A stretch of 32,000 nt of DNA from Telmatocola sphagniphila (lineage in GTDB: Bacteria > Planctomycetota > Planctomycetia > Gemmatales > Gemmataceae): the NCBI RefSeq assembly GCF_018398935.1, contig NZ_CP074694.1, positions 4,380,001 to 4,412,000 on the forward strand. Reading direction: 5' to 3'. The notes below the pieces were generated by a model that searched no databases, was not told where the DNA came from, and worked only from the letters and a program-made list of their open reading frames with translations. Below are positions 19,430-27,517 of the stretch, piece after piece (within the stretch, counting starts at the first letter, position 1; each line of letters starts with the position of its first letter). The position numbers were made by a program, and so were the translations under genes.

Positions 19430-21247
19430 ATGATTCGCCATTACCTGCTTGCTAGCTTACTACTGCTGTTCACCAGCCTGTTCTGCACCCCAGCCCGCTC
19501 GGCTGACACCGATAAGAAAAAGGATTCCGGGCCGGTCATTGCTCATATGAAAATCAGCGGCAGCCTCAGCGAAGGTCCGGGAGGCGCTGAAGGTCTGTTC
19601 GGCGGCGGCAACAGCGACAACCTCTCGAGCCGGTTGGAAAAGATCCACAAAGCGAAACTCGACCCGAACGTCAAAGCCCTTTACCTGCAAATTGAAGAAC
19701 CTTCCCTGGGGCTCTTCTCCTTCGGCAAAATCGAAGAGCTCCGCAAGGCCATCGCCGATTTCCGGACCTCCGGCAAACCGGCCGTCGCTTACCTCGAAAG
19801 CATCGGTGGCCTGGAATATCTGATCGCCTCCGCCTGCGATACTATCGCCATCCCGGAGTCGGGCGAATTTGGTCTGACCGGCCTGCACCTGGAAATGCAG
19901 TTCTTCAAGGAGATATTCGAAAAAGTAAAAATCAAAGCCGACTTCCTGACCATGGGCGAAGCCAAAGGCGCTGCCGATCCGTATCTGCGAACGGAAATGA
20001 GCCCGGAGAATCGCAAACAGTACGAAATGGTGCTCGATGATCTCTACGAAAAAAGCCTGATCGAAGGCATCAAGAACGATCGGCCAGCCAAGAAATGGAC
20101 CACCGAACAAGTGAAGGAACTGATCAACACCGCACCCCACACGGCCAAGAAAGCCCTGGAAGTCGGACTGGTCGATCAACTGGCCTACCCCAACGAATTC
20201 GAAGCGAGCCTGATCAAGAAATTCGAAGACGGTAAGAGCAAGATCGTCCGCAACTACGGCAAAAAGGTCGATCCCGATGCGGACAATCCCTTCGCCGCGC
20301 TGATGAAGATCATGCAGCCGCAGAAGAAGACTTCGTCTAAGAAGCCGAAGATCGCCGTGATCTACGCCGTGGGGGAAATCTCCACCGGCAAGAGCGGCGG
20401 CGGCCTGATGGGCGGCCATACGATGGGTTCCACCACCATGGTCGAAGCCATCGAACAGGCCGATAAGGACGAAACGGTGAAAGCCATTGTTCTTCGCATC
20501 GACAGCCCGGGAGGTTCCGCGCTGGCCAGCGACTTGATGTGGAACGCCTTGCGAAACTGCAAAAAACCAGTAATCGCCAGCATGGGCGATGTGGCCGCGA
20601 GTGGCGGCTATTACATTGCCATGGGTGCGAAGAAAGTTTACGCCGAACCGGGTACCCTGACCGGTTCCATCGGCGTACTGGGCGGCAAGCTGGTGCTGGG
20701 TGAAACCTTTAAATGGCTCGGTCTGCATACCCAGACGCTCAACCGCGGTCAGAACGCCGGCTGGTCGTCGACGAACACGATCTTTTCTGAATCGGAACGT
20801 AAGGCCATCACTAATGTGATGTCGAACGTTTACGATCAATTCCTGGATCGCACCGTGCAGAATCGCAAAGCGGCCGGAGTGGACCTGCCTTTGGATAAAC
20901 TCAAGCCAATAGCCGGGGGCCGCATCTGGACCGGTCGGCAGGCGAAAGAACGCGGACTGGTCGATGAACTGGGTACCTTGCATGATGCTTTGGAAGAAGC
21001 CAAGAAGGAAGCCAAGTTCGATCCCAAGGTTGAACCGGAACTGTTGATTCTGCCCGAGCCGACCAACTTCCTGGATCGTTTCCTGGACGGCGGCCTCGGC
21101 GCCCGGGTGAATGTGCTGAATCAACTGGGGCTGAGTTCGGATTCGCTGCTGGGCTTAGGTGAGCATCTGAAAATGCTGGAGCCGTTCTTCAACAACCCGC
21201 GCGAAAAGGTCTGGCTCTTGGCTCCGGTGAATGGAAAGATTCGGTAG
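19430..21247 (+). CDS. sppA: signal peptide peptidase SppA, 67K type (S49)
   Basis: Two S49 halves. Lys context GEAKGAADPY in the N-half; RIDSPGGSALASD and MGDVAASGGYYIA (Ser nucleophile context) in the C-half. I prefer the start at MIRHYLLASLLLLF (TM/signal); the tracked ORF starts at 19334. Confidence 0.9.
   Translation: MIRHYLLASLLLLFTSLFCTPARSADTDKKKDSGPVIAHMKISGSLSEGPGGAEGLFGGGNSDNLSSRLEKIHKAKLDPNVKALYLQIEEPSLGLFSFGKIEELRKAIADFRTSGKPAVAYLESIGGLEYLIASACDTIAIPESGEFGLTGLHLEMQFFKEIFEKVKIKADFLTMGEAKGAADPYLRTEMSPENRKQYEMVLDDLYEKSLIEGIKNDRPAKKWTTEQVKELINTAPHTAKKALEVGLVDQLAYPNEFEASLIKKFEDGKSKIVRNYGKKVDPDADNPFAALMKIMQPQKKTSSKKPKIAVIYAVGEISTGKSGGGLMGGHTMGSTTMVEAIEQADKDETVKAIVLRIDSPGGSALASDLMWNALRNCKKPVIASMGDVAASGGYYIAMGAKKVYAEPGTLTGSIGVLGGKLVLGETFKWLGLHTQTLNRGQNAGWSSTNTIFSESERKAITNVMSNVYDQFLDRTVQNRKAAGVDLPLDKLKPIAGGRIWTGRQAKERGLVDELGTLHDALEEAKKEAKFDPKVEPELLILPEPTNFLDRFLDGGLGARVNVLNQLGLSSDSLLGLGEHLKMLEPFFNNPREKVWLLAPVNGKIR
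21182..21247 (+). repeat. direct repeat copy 1: last 22 codons of sppA (PFFNNPREKVWLLAPVNGKIR*)
   Basis: It recurs at 26595..26660 with almost only synonymous differences. Confidence 0.85.
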
Positions 21248-21270
21248 GAGTAGAAAAGATTAAATTTGTC

Positions 21271-21299
21271 CCACCCCGGCGATGTGCCCAACGGGGTGG
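21271..21299 (+). terminator. sppA rho-independent-type terminator hairpin
   Basis: ccaccccg / cggggtgg, an 8-bp GC-rich stem with a 13-nt loop, followed by ctatttgtt. Confidence 0.6.
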
Positions 21300-21442
21300 C
21301 TATTTGTTAACGCGAGAAAGATCAGGATTCTGAAAAGGCTTCGATCTTCTCCCTATGATGGTGCTGATTTGGAACTCCTCTGGAATACGCACTGGAAGAT
21401 AGCCAGTGCTGCCCGCCGAGCTAATCGAATTGGAAAGCGGCC
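21298..21442 (+). repeat. ~150-nt intergenic repeat, copy C1
   Basis: Shares ggcttcgatcttctcc with C2 and tctggaatacgcactg with C3. It starts ggctatttg, with an inverted partner aagatagcc at 21396. It ends at the gajA ATG. Confidence 0.8.
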
Positions 21443-23299
21443 ATGTATCTTCAAATCGTCCACGTCAAGAATTATCGCTGTTTGCGGGACATAACCGTGT
21501 CATTTTCACCAGGCTTGAATGTCATCGCTGGCGAAAACAATACGGGAAAAACTGCGCTTTTAGACGCCATCAGAGCAGCATTAGGGCCCGCAGCCGCTAC
21601 TGGTGAGGCAATTAGGCTTACTCAGGATGATCGGCATAGGACGAAGGAAGGGACCTATATAGATGCCCCTATATCGGTTAAGTTGATATTTGCTGATCTC
21701 ACGGAGCAGGAACAAGGCCAGTTCATTGACATATTGAATTACAACCCTACTGAGCCGAGCGAATCAACAGCACAAATCAATTTTCAATGGAACTGGAATG
21801 CAAAAACTGGCCGCTATAGCATCAATCGGTGGGGAGGGAGCGCAGGCAGTTCCGAAAGTGGCATTCCAGAAGATGTACTGCAATCTGTGCCCGTGACTCT
21901 CCTCGGAGCTCTAAGAGATGCAGCTTCGGCCTTGTTGCCGGGGAGGAACAGCAGACTCGCCCATTTACTCATCGCTCATGCTACAGAAGAGGAAAAAGAG
22001 TCGCTCGTTAAATTCGTCGTCACAGCTAACAACGCATTGGAGAAAGACAAACTTGTTTCGAGAACCCAAGAGTTAATTAAGACCACATTGCAGAAAGCAT
22101 CAGGGCCGATGATGGCTCAGGAAGCTGCGATCAAAACGGCCGAGCCAGAATTCGATAAAGTGGTTCAGAGTTTGAGACTCGTAATTGCCCGGTTGGGCTC
22201 CAACGGTAATATGGTGCTTGACGAATTACGATCTAATGGGTTAGGCTACAACAATCTTCTTTTTATCGCAACGGTAATGCTAGAGCTCAACGCTGCGAAA
22301 TCTGCCCTGATGCCGCTGTTGCTAGTCGAGGAGCCAGAAGCACATTTACATCCCCAATTGCAGATATTACTTGCCAATTTCCTAAGTGATCCGCAAGGAA
22401 TCCACCAAGCGAAAGTCCAGACTCTCGTAACAACACACTCGCCTACTATTGCTGCGCATGTATCACCGGCAAACTTGCGAATACTTCATCGCGGGAAGGA
22501 TGAAGCATTACGATGTGCCTCATTCGGTGACTGTTCAATTGAAAAGCGTCAACTTCAACAACTTAGGCGAATGTTTGATGTGACTAAGGCTGCCATTCTA
22601 TTCGCTAAAGGAGTACTGTTAGTCGAAGGAATTACTGAAGCATTATTGCTCCCTGTTTTGGCCCGCCGCGAAGGATTCAACCTTGAAGCGGCTGGCGTTT
22701 CGGTAGTACCAGTGTGCGGGGTAGATTTTGTTTCGATTTGCAATCTTTATGGAGATAAAGGACTTCACACCCCTATTGCAGTCGTCACTGATGGGGATTC
22801 AGGAACAGAACGTTGCGGATCTGGGAAGGCTTCGGAATGGGAATCGAAATTGCCGAAGTTTGACACTAACGGGAAACCAATGATCTGTGATCGTGTAGTT
22901 AAATTGAAAAAAGAGTACGAAAATCACGAATTCATCAGGATCCATAACTCTGACGTGACTCTCGAATACTCGCTGGCATCAGCGGGGGAAAAGAACCCCT
23001 CTATCATGTGCGATGTCTGGGTAAACCAGTTCGAGAAGACACCAAAAACCTTGAACCATGAAAAATTGAAGGCCTGCAATGGTAAGCATTCCGAGCAAGT
23101 TCTAACTATTTGGCGAGGTATTTGCCTTGCGGATACAGCATACTCAAAAGCAGAATTCGCTCAAGCGCTTGCCGAGACTTTAGAAGAAAAAAATGTTCAA
23201 GGACAATACCTCATACCTACATCAGATTTTGTCGTTCCAAAATACCTGAAAGACGCATTCGGCCATGTTGCGCAAAAATCAACCAAAGCCTCCAACTGA
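21443..23299 (+). CDS. gajA: Gabija GajA: OLD-family ATPase plus TOPRIM endonuclease
   Basis: 618 aa with the N-terminus MYLQIVHVKNYRCL and Walker A GENNTGKT. ABC-like features are SNGLGYNNLL, Walker B LLLVEEPEAHLHPQLQ and TTHSP. The C-terminal TOPRIM domain has LLVEGITEALLL (Glu) and VVTDGDS (DxD). It is paired with a UvrD-like helicase, as in class 2 OLD / Gabija. Confidence 0.85.
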   Translation: MYLQIVHVKNYRCLRDITVSFSPGLNVIAGENNTGKTALLDAIRAALGPAAATGEAIRLTQDDRHRTKEGTYIDAPISVKLIFADLTEQEQGQFIDILNYNPTEPSESTAQINFQWNWNAKTGRYSINRWGGSAGSSESGIPEDVLQSVPVTLLGALRDAASALLPGRNSRLAHLLIAHATEEEKESLVKFVVTANNALEKDKLVSRTQELIKTTLQKASGPMMAQEAAIKTAEPEFDKVVQSLRLVIARLGSNGNMVLDELRSNGLGYNNLLFIATVMLELNAAKSALMPLLLVEEPEAHLHPQLQILLANFLSDPQGIHQAKVQTLVTTHSPTIAAHVSPANLRILHRGKDEALRCASFGDCSIEKRQLQQLRRMFDVTKAAILFAKGVLLVEGITEALLLPVLARREGFNLEAAGVSVVPVCGVDFVSICNLYGDKGLHTPIAVVTDGDSGTERCGSGKASEWESKLPKFDTNGKPMICDRVVKLKKEYENHEFIRIHNSDVTLEYSLASAGEKNPSIMCDVWVNQFEKTPKTLNHEKLKACNGKHSEQVLTIWRGICLADTAYSKAEFAQALAETLEEKNVQGQYLIPTSDFVVPKYLKDAFGHVAQKSTKASN

Positions 23300-25070
23300 A
23301 GAGCAAGAGGCTGCTTTACGTTCCGATGCTCGAATCACGGTTGTCCGCGCATGTCCTGGTGCTGGCAAGACCGAAGTATTCGTAGAGGCCATTCGAACGC
23401 GCCTCCGGCATTGGGACCATCTGAATGGCGGACTCGCAGCACTCTCATTTACAAATGTAGCCAGGGACACCATCGAGGAACGAATTGGGGGGGCGACACC
23501 TTATCCACATTTTATTGGTACACTGGACGCTTTCAGCTATCGCTTCATCGTCAAGCCTTTCGGGCATCTGGTTGGACTACCACAAAACGCCATTCGTCTT
23601 TTCCCCGCCACTATAGCCAAAGTACTAGAAGATCCAGTGATAAAGGTGGGTGACAAAAACCACGAACGAGCCTCGATTTACTCCATCTCTTTTTTCGGCG
23701 GTGATCGTGAAAAACCTCGGATGAAGACAAAGCTGTCAAGGTCCAATGATTTCGTTGTACCTCCAGCAAGTGAAATTCGAGTTCTGAATGAGAAAAAGCG
23801 ATTTTGGAAGAGCACTGGTATAGTCACTCACTCGGATTGCCATTACTTGTCTTGTTGTATCGTCAATCATCCAACTTTTGGAAAGAACGTAAGAAAGATT
23901 CTGACCTCTCGTTTCCCAGTCATACTAATCGATGAGCTCCAAGATACAGGTTTCTTTTTGGCCCGCGCTTTTCTTGCAATTCTTGCAGAAGAAAAATCGT
24001 TCGGTTTTGTAGTGGGGGATCCTAACCAAGCCATTTATGGATTCAGTGGTGCTAACCCTAGTATTTTCAAAGATTTCGAATCACTTGCAAACGCAAAATC
24101 GTTGTCTCTTTCACTCAGCCATAGATGCTCGAAGGCTGTGGCAAAAGTAGCCAACGCTTTATCCTCTACGGGGAGTGAACTTATACCTATACCTTCAGCA
24201 ATTGACGGATCGGCTTGTCTTAGTGTTCATGATCTAGAGGAAGCGGTTCTTTCTCCGGCGCATGTGGAATTTTTGAAAAGCCTCAAAATTGGAAGTTCTC
24301 TTGCAATTCTCTCACGTAGGACAAAAACTGCCTGCGGTCTGAAAGGCGAGATAGTCAAGGATGAATTTAGAGGAGTTTCAAAAGCTGCTAGAAGGGTCCA
24401 TCGCGCCTTACAACTCCTCATCAATGGCGAACCACGCGAGGCACACAAATTACTCCAAACAGAACTTGCAAGGATTATCCTAGGTGATGAAACGGCTAAA
24501 GCGATTGCTTGGGAAGAAAGGGGCATTTCGCAATTGAATTTGCGAAACGCCGTATTCAGCGTCTTGAGGAATTCATTCGTGTATATCCCGAATGAGTCAT
24601 GGAACGAGTGGGTAAAGCGAACTCGAGATAAAGTTATGGAAGCGGCGAAATCGCTCGGCTGGACAGACGATGGAAAGGCATTCCTCACATACAGGTCGTG
24701 CAACGAGAAGGGCAATACTCCTCGTTCCAATTTCATGAAAACTAGTTCTTCCATGGATTGGGATGTGGTGAGTACAATTTCAACTATCCACAAAGTCAAA
24801 GGTGCGGAATTTGATACTGTGATCTTATTCGTGCCAAAAACTACAAAAGGAAATTGCCCATCGATAGAGTGGTGGCCTGGTGCTACTGACGCTGATGAAA
24901 GAAGAATCGCCTATGTCGCGGTATCTCGGGCAAAAATTCGTTTCGTGTTGTGTGTCCACAAATCAGTTTTCAAAGCGATAGAGCAGCTTCGACCTGATTT
25001 CATCAAGTGTTTCGAAGAATCGATTCCGATGCCGCAAGTCTCCAAGCCCGAAACACCATCATTATTTTGA
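23265..25070 (+). CDS. gajB: Gabija GajB: UvrD/PcrA-like SF1 helicase
   Basis: 601 aa with Walker A CPGAGKT and Walker B ILIDELQDT. Also GDPNQAIYGFSGA, TIHKVKGAEFDTVILFV and RIAYVAVSRAK. Its ATG lies 35 nt inside the gajA 3' end. Confidence 0.85.
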   Translation: MLRKNQPKPPTEEQEAALRSDARITVVRACPGAGKTEVFVEAIRTRLRHWDHLNGGLAALSFTNVARDTIEERIGGATPYPHFIGTLDAFSYRFIVKPFGHLVGLPQNAIRLFPATIAKVLEDPVIKVGDKNHERASIYSISFFGGDREKPRMKTKLSRSNDFVVPPASEIRVLNEKKRFWKSTGIVTHSDCHYLSCCIVNHPTFGKNVRKILTSRFPVILIDELQDTGFFLARAFLAILAEEKSFGFVVGDPNQAIYGFSGANPSIFKDFESLANAKSLSLSLSHRCSKAVAKVANALSSTGSELIPIPSAIDGSACLSVHDLEEAVLSPAHVEFLKSLKIGSSLAILSRRTKTACGLKGEIVKDEFRGVSKAARRVHRALQLLINGEPREAHKLLQTELARIILGDETAKAIAWEERGISQLNLRNAVFSVLRNSFVYIPNESWNEWVKRTRDKVMEAAKSLGWTDDGKAFLTYRSCNEKGNTPRSNFMKTSSSMDWDVVSTISTIHKVKGAEFDTVILFVPKTTKGNCPSIEWWPGATDADERRIAYVAVSRAKIRFVLCVHKSVFKAIEQLRPDFIKCFEESIPMPQVSKPETPSLF

Positions 25071-25252
25071 TGACTTCTTGAATCGTGAGAGGGAGGAAAT
25101 TGAAAACGAGAAGACCGATTGTAACCGTGAGCTGTAATCATCGAATTGTTCCAGAGGCTTGTTACCTTGGCGTCCGCCTGATAACAGCGGCAGGAGACAG
25201 GTTATTCCTATCATTCGTCTCAAATCATTGAAAAGTAATCTGTTGGTGCTCG

Positions 25253-25412
25253 AGCTATTTGCCAGAGTACGAAAAATCAAGCTTCTAAAACGGCTTCGAT
25301 CTTCTCCAATGACTCTGCTGATTTGGGAACTTCTCTAGAATACGCACATGCAGATAGCCAGTGCCACGCAAGCCAAATCAGGAGATGGGGTTAGGATTAG
25401 AGAGAATCTAGC
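25253..25412 (+). repeat. ~150-nt intergenic repeat, copy C2 (3' end hit by IS630)
   Basis: agctatttg...cagatagcc (25351), plus tccaatgactctg and gggttaggatta, both shared with C4. Confidence 0.8.
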
Positions 25413-25414
25413 TA

Positions 25415-26582
25415 GTGTAGTGCCTCAGAAATAGCGTTACCTTTAGCTACTTTTTGCGGTTTACTCTATAGAGAAGGAGAAAACCCATGAAAGTCGCGCT
25501 GCCAATTTCGCTGTCCGAGGAGGAACGTCAAACTTTGACTGCTTGGTCTCGGGGACGAAGCACTCCCGCTCGGCTGGTCCTGCGGGCGAAGATCATACTC
25601 GCGGCGGCCGCAGGTGTACTGAACAAGGATATTGCTCAGCAGTGCGGCACGTCGAAACCCACGGTGGCGCGCTGGCGGACCCGATTTGCGAAGCTGCGTT
25701 TGGCGGGTATCGAACGGGACGCTTCGCGGCCGGGTCGAACGCCAGCGATCAGCGGGAAAGTCGTCGAAGAAATTCTCCGCAAGACCACTCAGGAGAAACC
25801 ATCCGGTGCGACTCATTGGAGCACACGAACGATGGCCCAAGAGGTGGGAGTGAGCAAAGCCACCGTGCAGCGGGTTTGGTCGTCCCATGGCCTGAAGCCT
25901 CATTTGCTTAAGACCTTCCAGGTATCGAATGATCCTCAATTCGCCGAGAAACTGTGGGATGTAGTGGGCTTGTACTTGAACCCTCCCGAGCACGCCCTGG
26001 TGCTGAGTTGCGATGAGAAGAGTCAGATTCAAGCCCTTGATCGCACGCAAAAAAGCTTGCCGATGGTACCCGGCCGTTGCGGCACTCTGACTCACGATTA
26101 CATGCGTCATGGCACCACCACTCTGTTCGCGGCTTTGAACGTGGCAGAAGGAGTAGTAATTGGCGAATGCATGCCGCGACATCGACACCAGGAATGGATC
26201 AAGTTTCTCAAACGGATCGATGCCGCCACCGATCCGTCCTTGGACTTGCATTTGATCGTGGACAACTACGCTACGCACAAGCATCCCAAGGTTCGGCGTT
26301 GGTTGGCCCGACATCCTCGATTCCACATGCATTTCACCCCCACGAGCAGTTCCTGGATGAATCTGGTGGAGCGTTGGTTTCGCGACTTGACGGACAAACG
26401 ACTGCGTCGAGGCACATTTCGAAGTGTGCCGCAGTTGATCCAGGCGATTGAAGACTACATCGATCATCACAACAACACAGGAAAGGGATTCCAATGGACT
26501 GCCAAAGCCGAGGCTATTCTGGAGAAAGTCCGCCGGGCGAGGGCTACCCTGGATAAAACACCTTCCGTGTGAGACACTACAC
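25415..26582 (+). mobile_element. IS630-family insertion sequence, apparently intact
   Basis: Terminal inverted repeats are gtgtagtgcctca (left) and tgagacactacac (right), matching 12 of 13. TA flanks both ends (25413-14 and 26583-84). The reconstructed target gCTAGt fits the CTAG/TA preference of IS630. It contains a single DDE transposase ORF. Confidence 0.85.
25487..26572 (+). CDS. IS630-family (Tc1/mariner-like) DDE transposase
   Basis: 361 aa with an N-terminal HTH region ([23 protein letters not shown]; [11 protein letters not shown]). DDE contexts are [25 protein letters not shown] and MNLVERWF. The stop codon lies inside the right IR. Confidence 0.9.
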   Translation: MKVALPISLSEEERQTLTAWSRGRSTPARLVLRAKIILAAAAGVLNKDIAQQCGTSKPTVARWRTRFAKLRLAGIERDASRPGRTPAISGKVVEEILRKTTQEKPSGATHWSTRTMAQEVGVSKATVQRVWSSHGLKPHLLKTFQVSNDPQFAEKLWDVVGLYLNPPEHALVLSCDEKSQIQALDRTQKSLPMVPGRCGTLTHDYMRHGTTTLFAALNVAEGVVIGECMPRHRHQEWIKFLKRIDAATDPSLDLHLIVDNYATHKHPKVRRWLARHPRFHMHFTPTSSSWMNLVERWFRDLTDKRLRRGTFRSVPQLIQAIEDYIDHHNNTGKGFQWTAKAEAILEKVRRARATLDKTPSV

Positions 26583-26594
26583 TAGTGCCACCCG

Positions 26595-26660
26595 CCGTTC
26601 TTTGCGAATCCTCGCGAAAAAGTCTGGCTCTTGGCTCCGGTAAATGGGAAAATCCGGTAA
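26595..26660 (+). pseudogene. orphan copy of the sppA 3' end (22 codons plus stop), direct repeat copy 2
   Basis: Translates PFFANPREKVWLLAPVNGKIR*, versus PFFNNPREKVWLLAPVNGKIR* in sppA. Nine codons differ only at silent third positions (including TAG to TAA) and one codon is replaced (N to A). There is no ORF upstream; an in-frame TAG lies at 26583. Confidence 0.85.
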
Positions 26661-26673
26661 ATCTTTTTGCATC

Positions 26674-26700
26674 ACCCATCGGTAATGGATAACGGTGGGT
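26674..26700 (+). terminator. terminator-like hairpin homologous in position to the sppA terminator
   Basis: acccatcg / cggtgggt, an 8-bp stem with one G-U pair and an 11-nt loop, 13 nt after the orphan stop codon. The T-tail is weak. Confidence 0.4.
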
Positions 26701-26726
26701 ATTCTGGGTATGGGCAAAAGTTGGTG
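26693..26726 (+). repeat. direct repeat flanking the membrane-protein/Sel1 cassette (left copy)
   Basis: cggtggg and the 11-mer ggcaaaagttg (26713) recur at 28756 and 28788. Confidence 0.6.
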
Positions 26727-26799
26727 CCAGATTACCACGGAGTTCGGGTCTGAAGAGGGGGATTGGCGGATTCAAAGCTTATAAGTACTTGGAGATTCA

Positions 26800-27252
26800 A
26801 TGATGTCTTCGGGAGATTCGGGCAATATTTCTACAAAGGGAAAGTCTCATCCCACGGATACCCGAGACGCAAACACCTCGCCATCGGACGATGGAACCGC
26901 CACCTGGTTCCTGTTAGGCATCGGGCTCATCGCCCTGATCTGCTTGATTATCGGAATCTTATCGCACGGATTTGAATGGAAGCGTATTCTGACGGCGGCG
27001 GGTTCCATGCTGTCGGGAATCGCCTTCATGGCCATTGGCTTGCTAGAGTTGGAATGGCTGGAACGCATCGTCGGAATCTTCGATGGAATTTTCGGCCTGG
27101 TGGTCCAATGGTGCTGGACGAGCTGGTATGGATCTCTTTCAGACGCGGACGCGCTGGGCCGTCGGGGAGCCAGCGTCATCTGGATGATCGCCGGCATAGC
27201 GTTGTACATATCCGGGTGCCTGATTGCCTTGCGGGTGATCAAGGTTTTTTGA
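26800..27252 (+). CDS. small hypothetical membrane protein (3-4 TM)
   Basis: 150 aa. A polar N-terminus is followed by TM spans WFLLGIGLIALICLIIGIL, AAGSMLSGIAFMAIGLL and VIWMIAGIALYISGCLIAL. No family recognised. Confidence 0.6.
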   Translation: MMSSGDSGNISTKGKSHPTDTRDANTSPSDDGTATWFLLGIGLIALICLIIGILSHGFEWKRILTAAGSMLSGIAFMAIGLLELEWLERIVGIFDGIFGLVVQWCWTSWYGSLSDADALGRRGASVIWMIAGIALYISGCLIALRVIKVF

Positions 27253-27477
27253 ATCCCTCTTTCCCCTCGCTCCCTCTAAATTCACAAAATTTGATGCGAG
27301 GCGGTGTCCGAAAATTTCTTCGGGAATATCGACGTGGGGATCTCCTTGAAGCACTCGGCAAGATGGCCCTCTCCCTAAGACAGTGTTCGCGCAACGACTG
27401 ATCTTGCTCGAATTATTGATCTGAAGTACTCTGTCTGCGCTATTCCTTTTTGAGAGACAAAAATGCGAATGCTTACA

Positions 27478-27487
27478 TTTTTTTTTT
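27478..27487 (+). repeat. homopolymeric T10 tract separating an ATG plus signal-peptide-like leader from the Sel1 ORF
   Basis: ATG 27463 (MRMLT) runs into T10. The Sel1 frame is open upstream through FFFLIIQIIYHSSVHA but has no ATG there. T9 would fuse the two frames. Confidence 0.85.
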
Positions 27488-27517
27488 CTGATTATTCAAA
27501 TAATTTATCACAGTTCA

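Noticed and set aside
19460-21124. 554-aa ORF on the minus strand
   Set aside because: It is entirely antisense to sppA, which has clear S49 peptidase motifs. The translation is low-complexity and Gly/Arg/Phe-rich, as is typical of shadow ORFs in GC-rich coding DNA.
21282-21494. 70-aa ORF spanning repeat unit C1 and the gajA start
   Set aside because: Its ATG sits in the loop of the sppA terminator hairpin and it overlaps gajA. The corresponding frame in C2, C3 and C4 is broken by stops and indels, so the repeat is conserved as DNA rather than as a peptide.
25466-26494. 342-aa ORF on the minus strand inside the IS element
   Set aside because: It is antisense to the IS630 transposase, which has HTH and DDE motifs and fits the IR boundaries.
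21248-26800. A tRNA or tmRNA gene as the island integration target
   Set aside because: I scanned the junction regions by eye for T-loop (GTTCGAATC-like) and acceptor-stem symmetry and found none. The repeated junction sequence is instead the sppA coding 3' end.
26976-27401. 141-aa ORF overlapping the 3' half of the small membrane protein gene
   Set aside because: It is an alternative frame of 26800..27252. Its composition is Arg/Gly-rich and unlike the local AT-leaning coding style, and the membrane-protein frame shows coherent TM segments.
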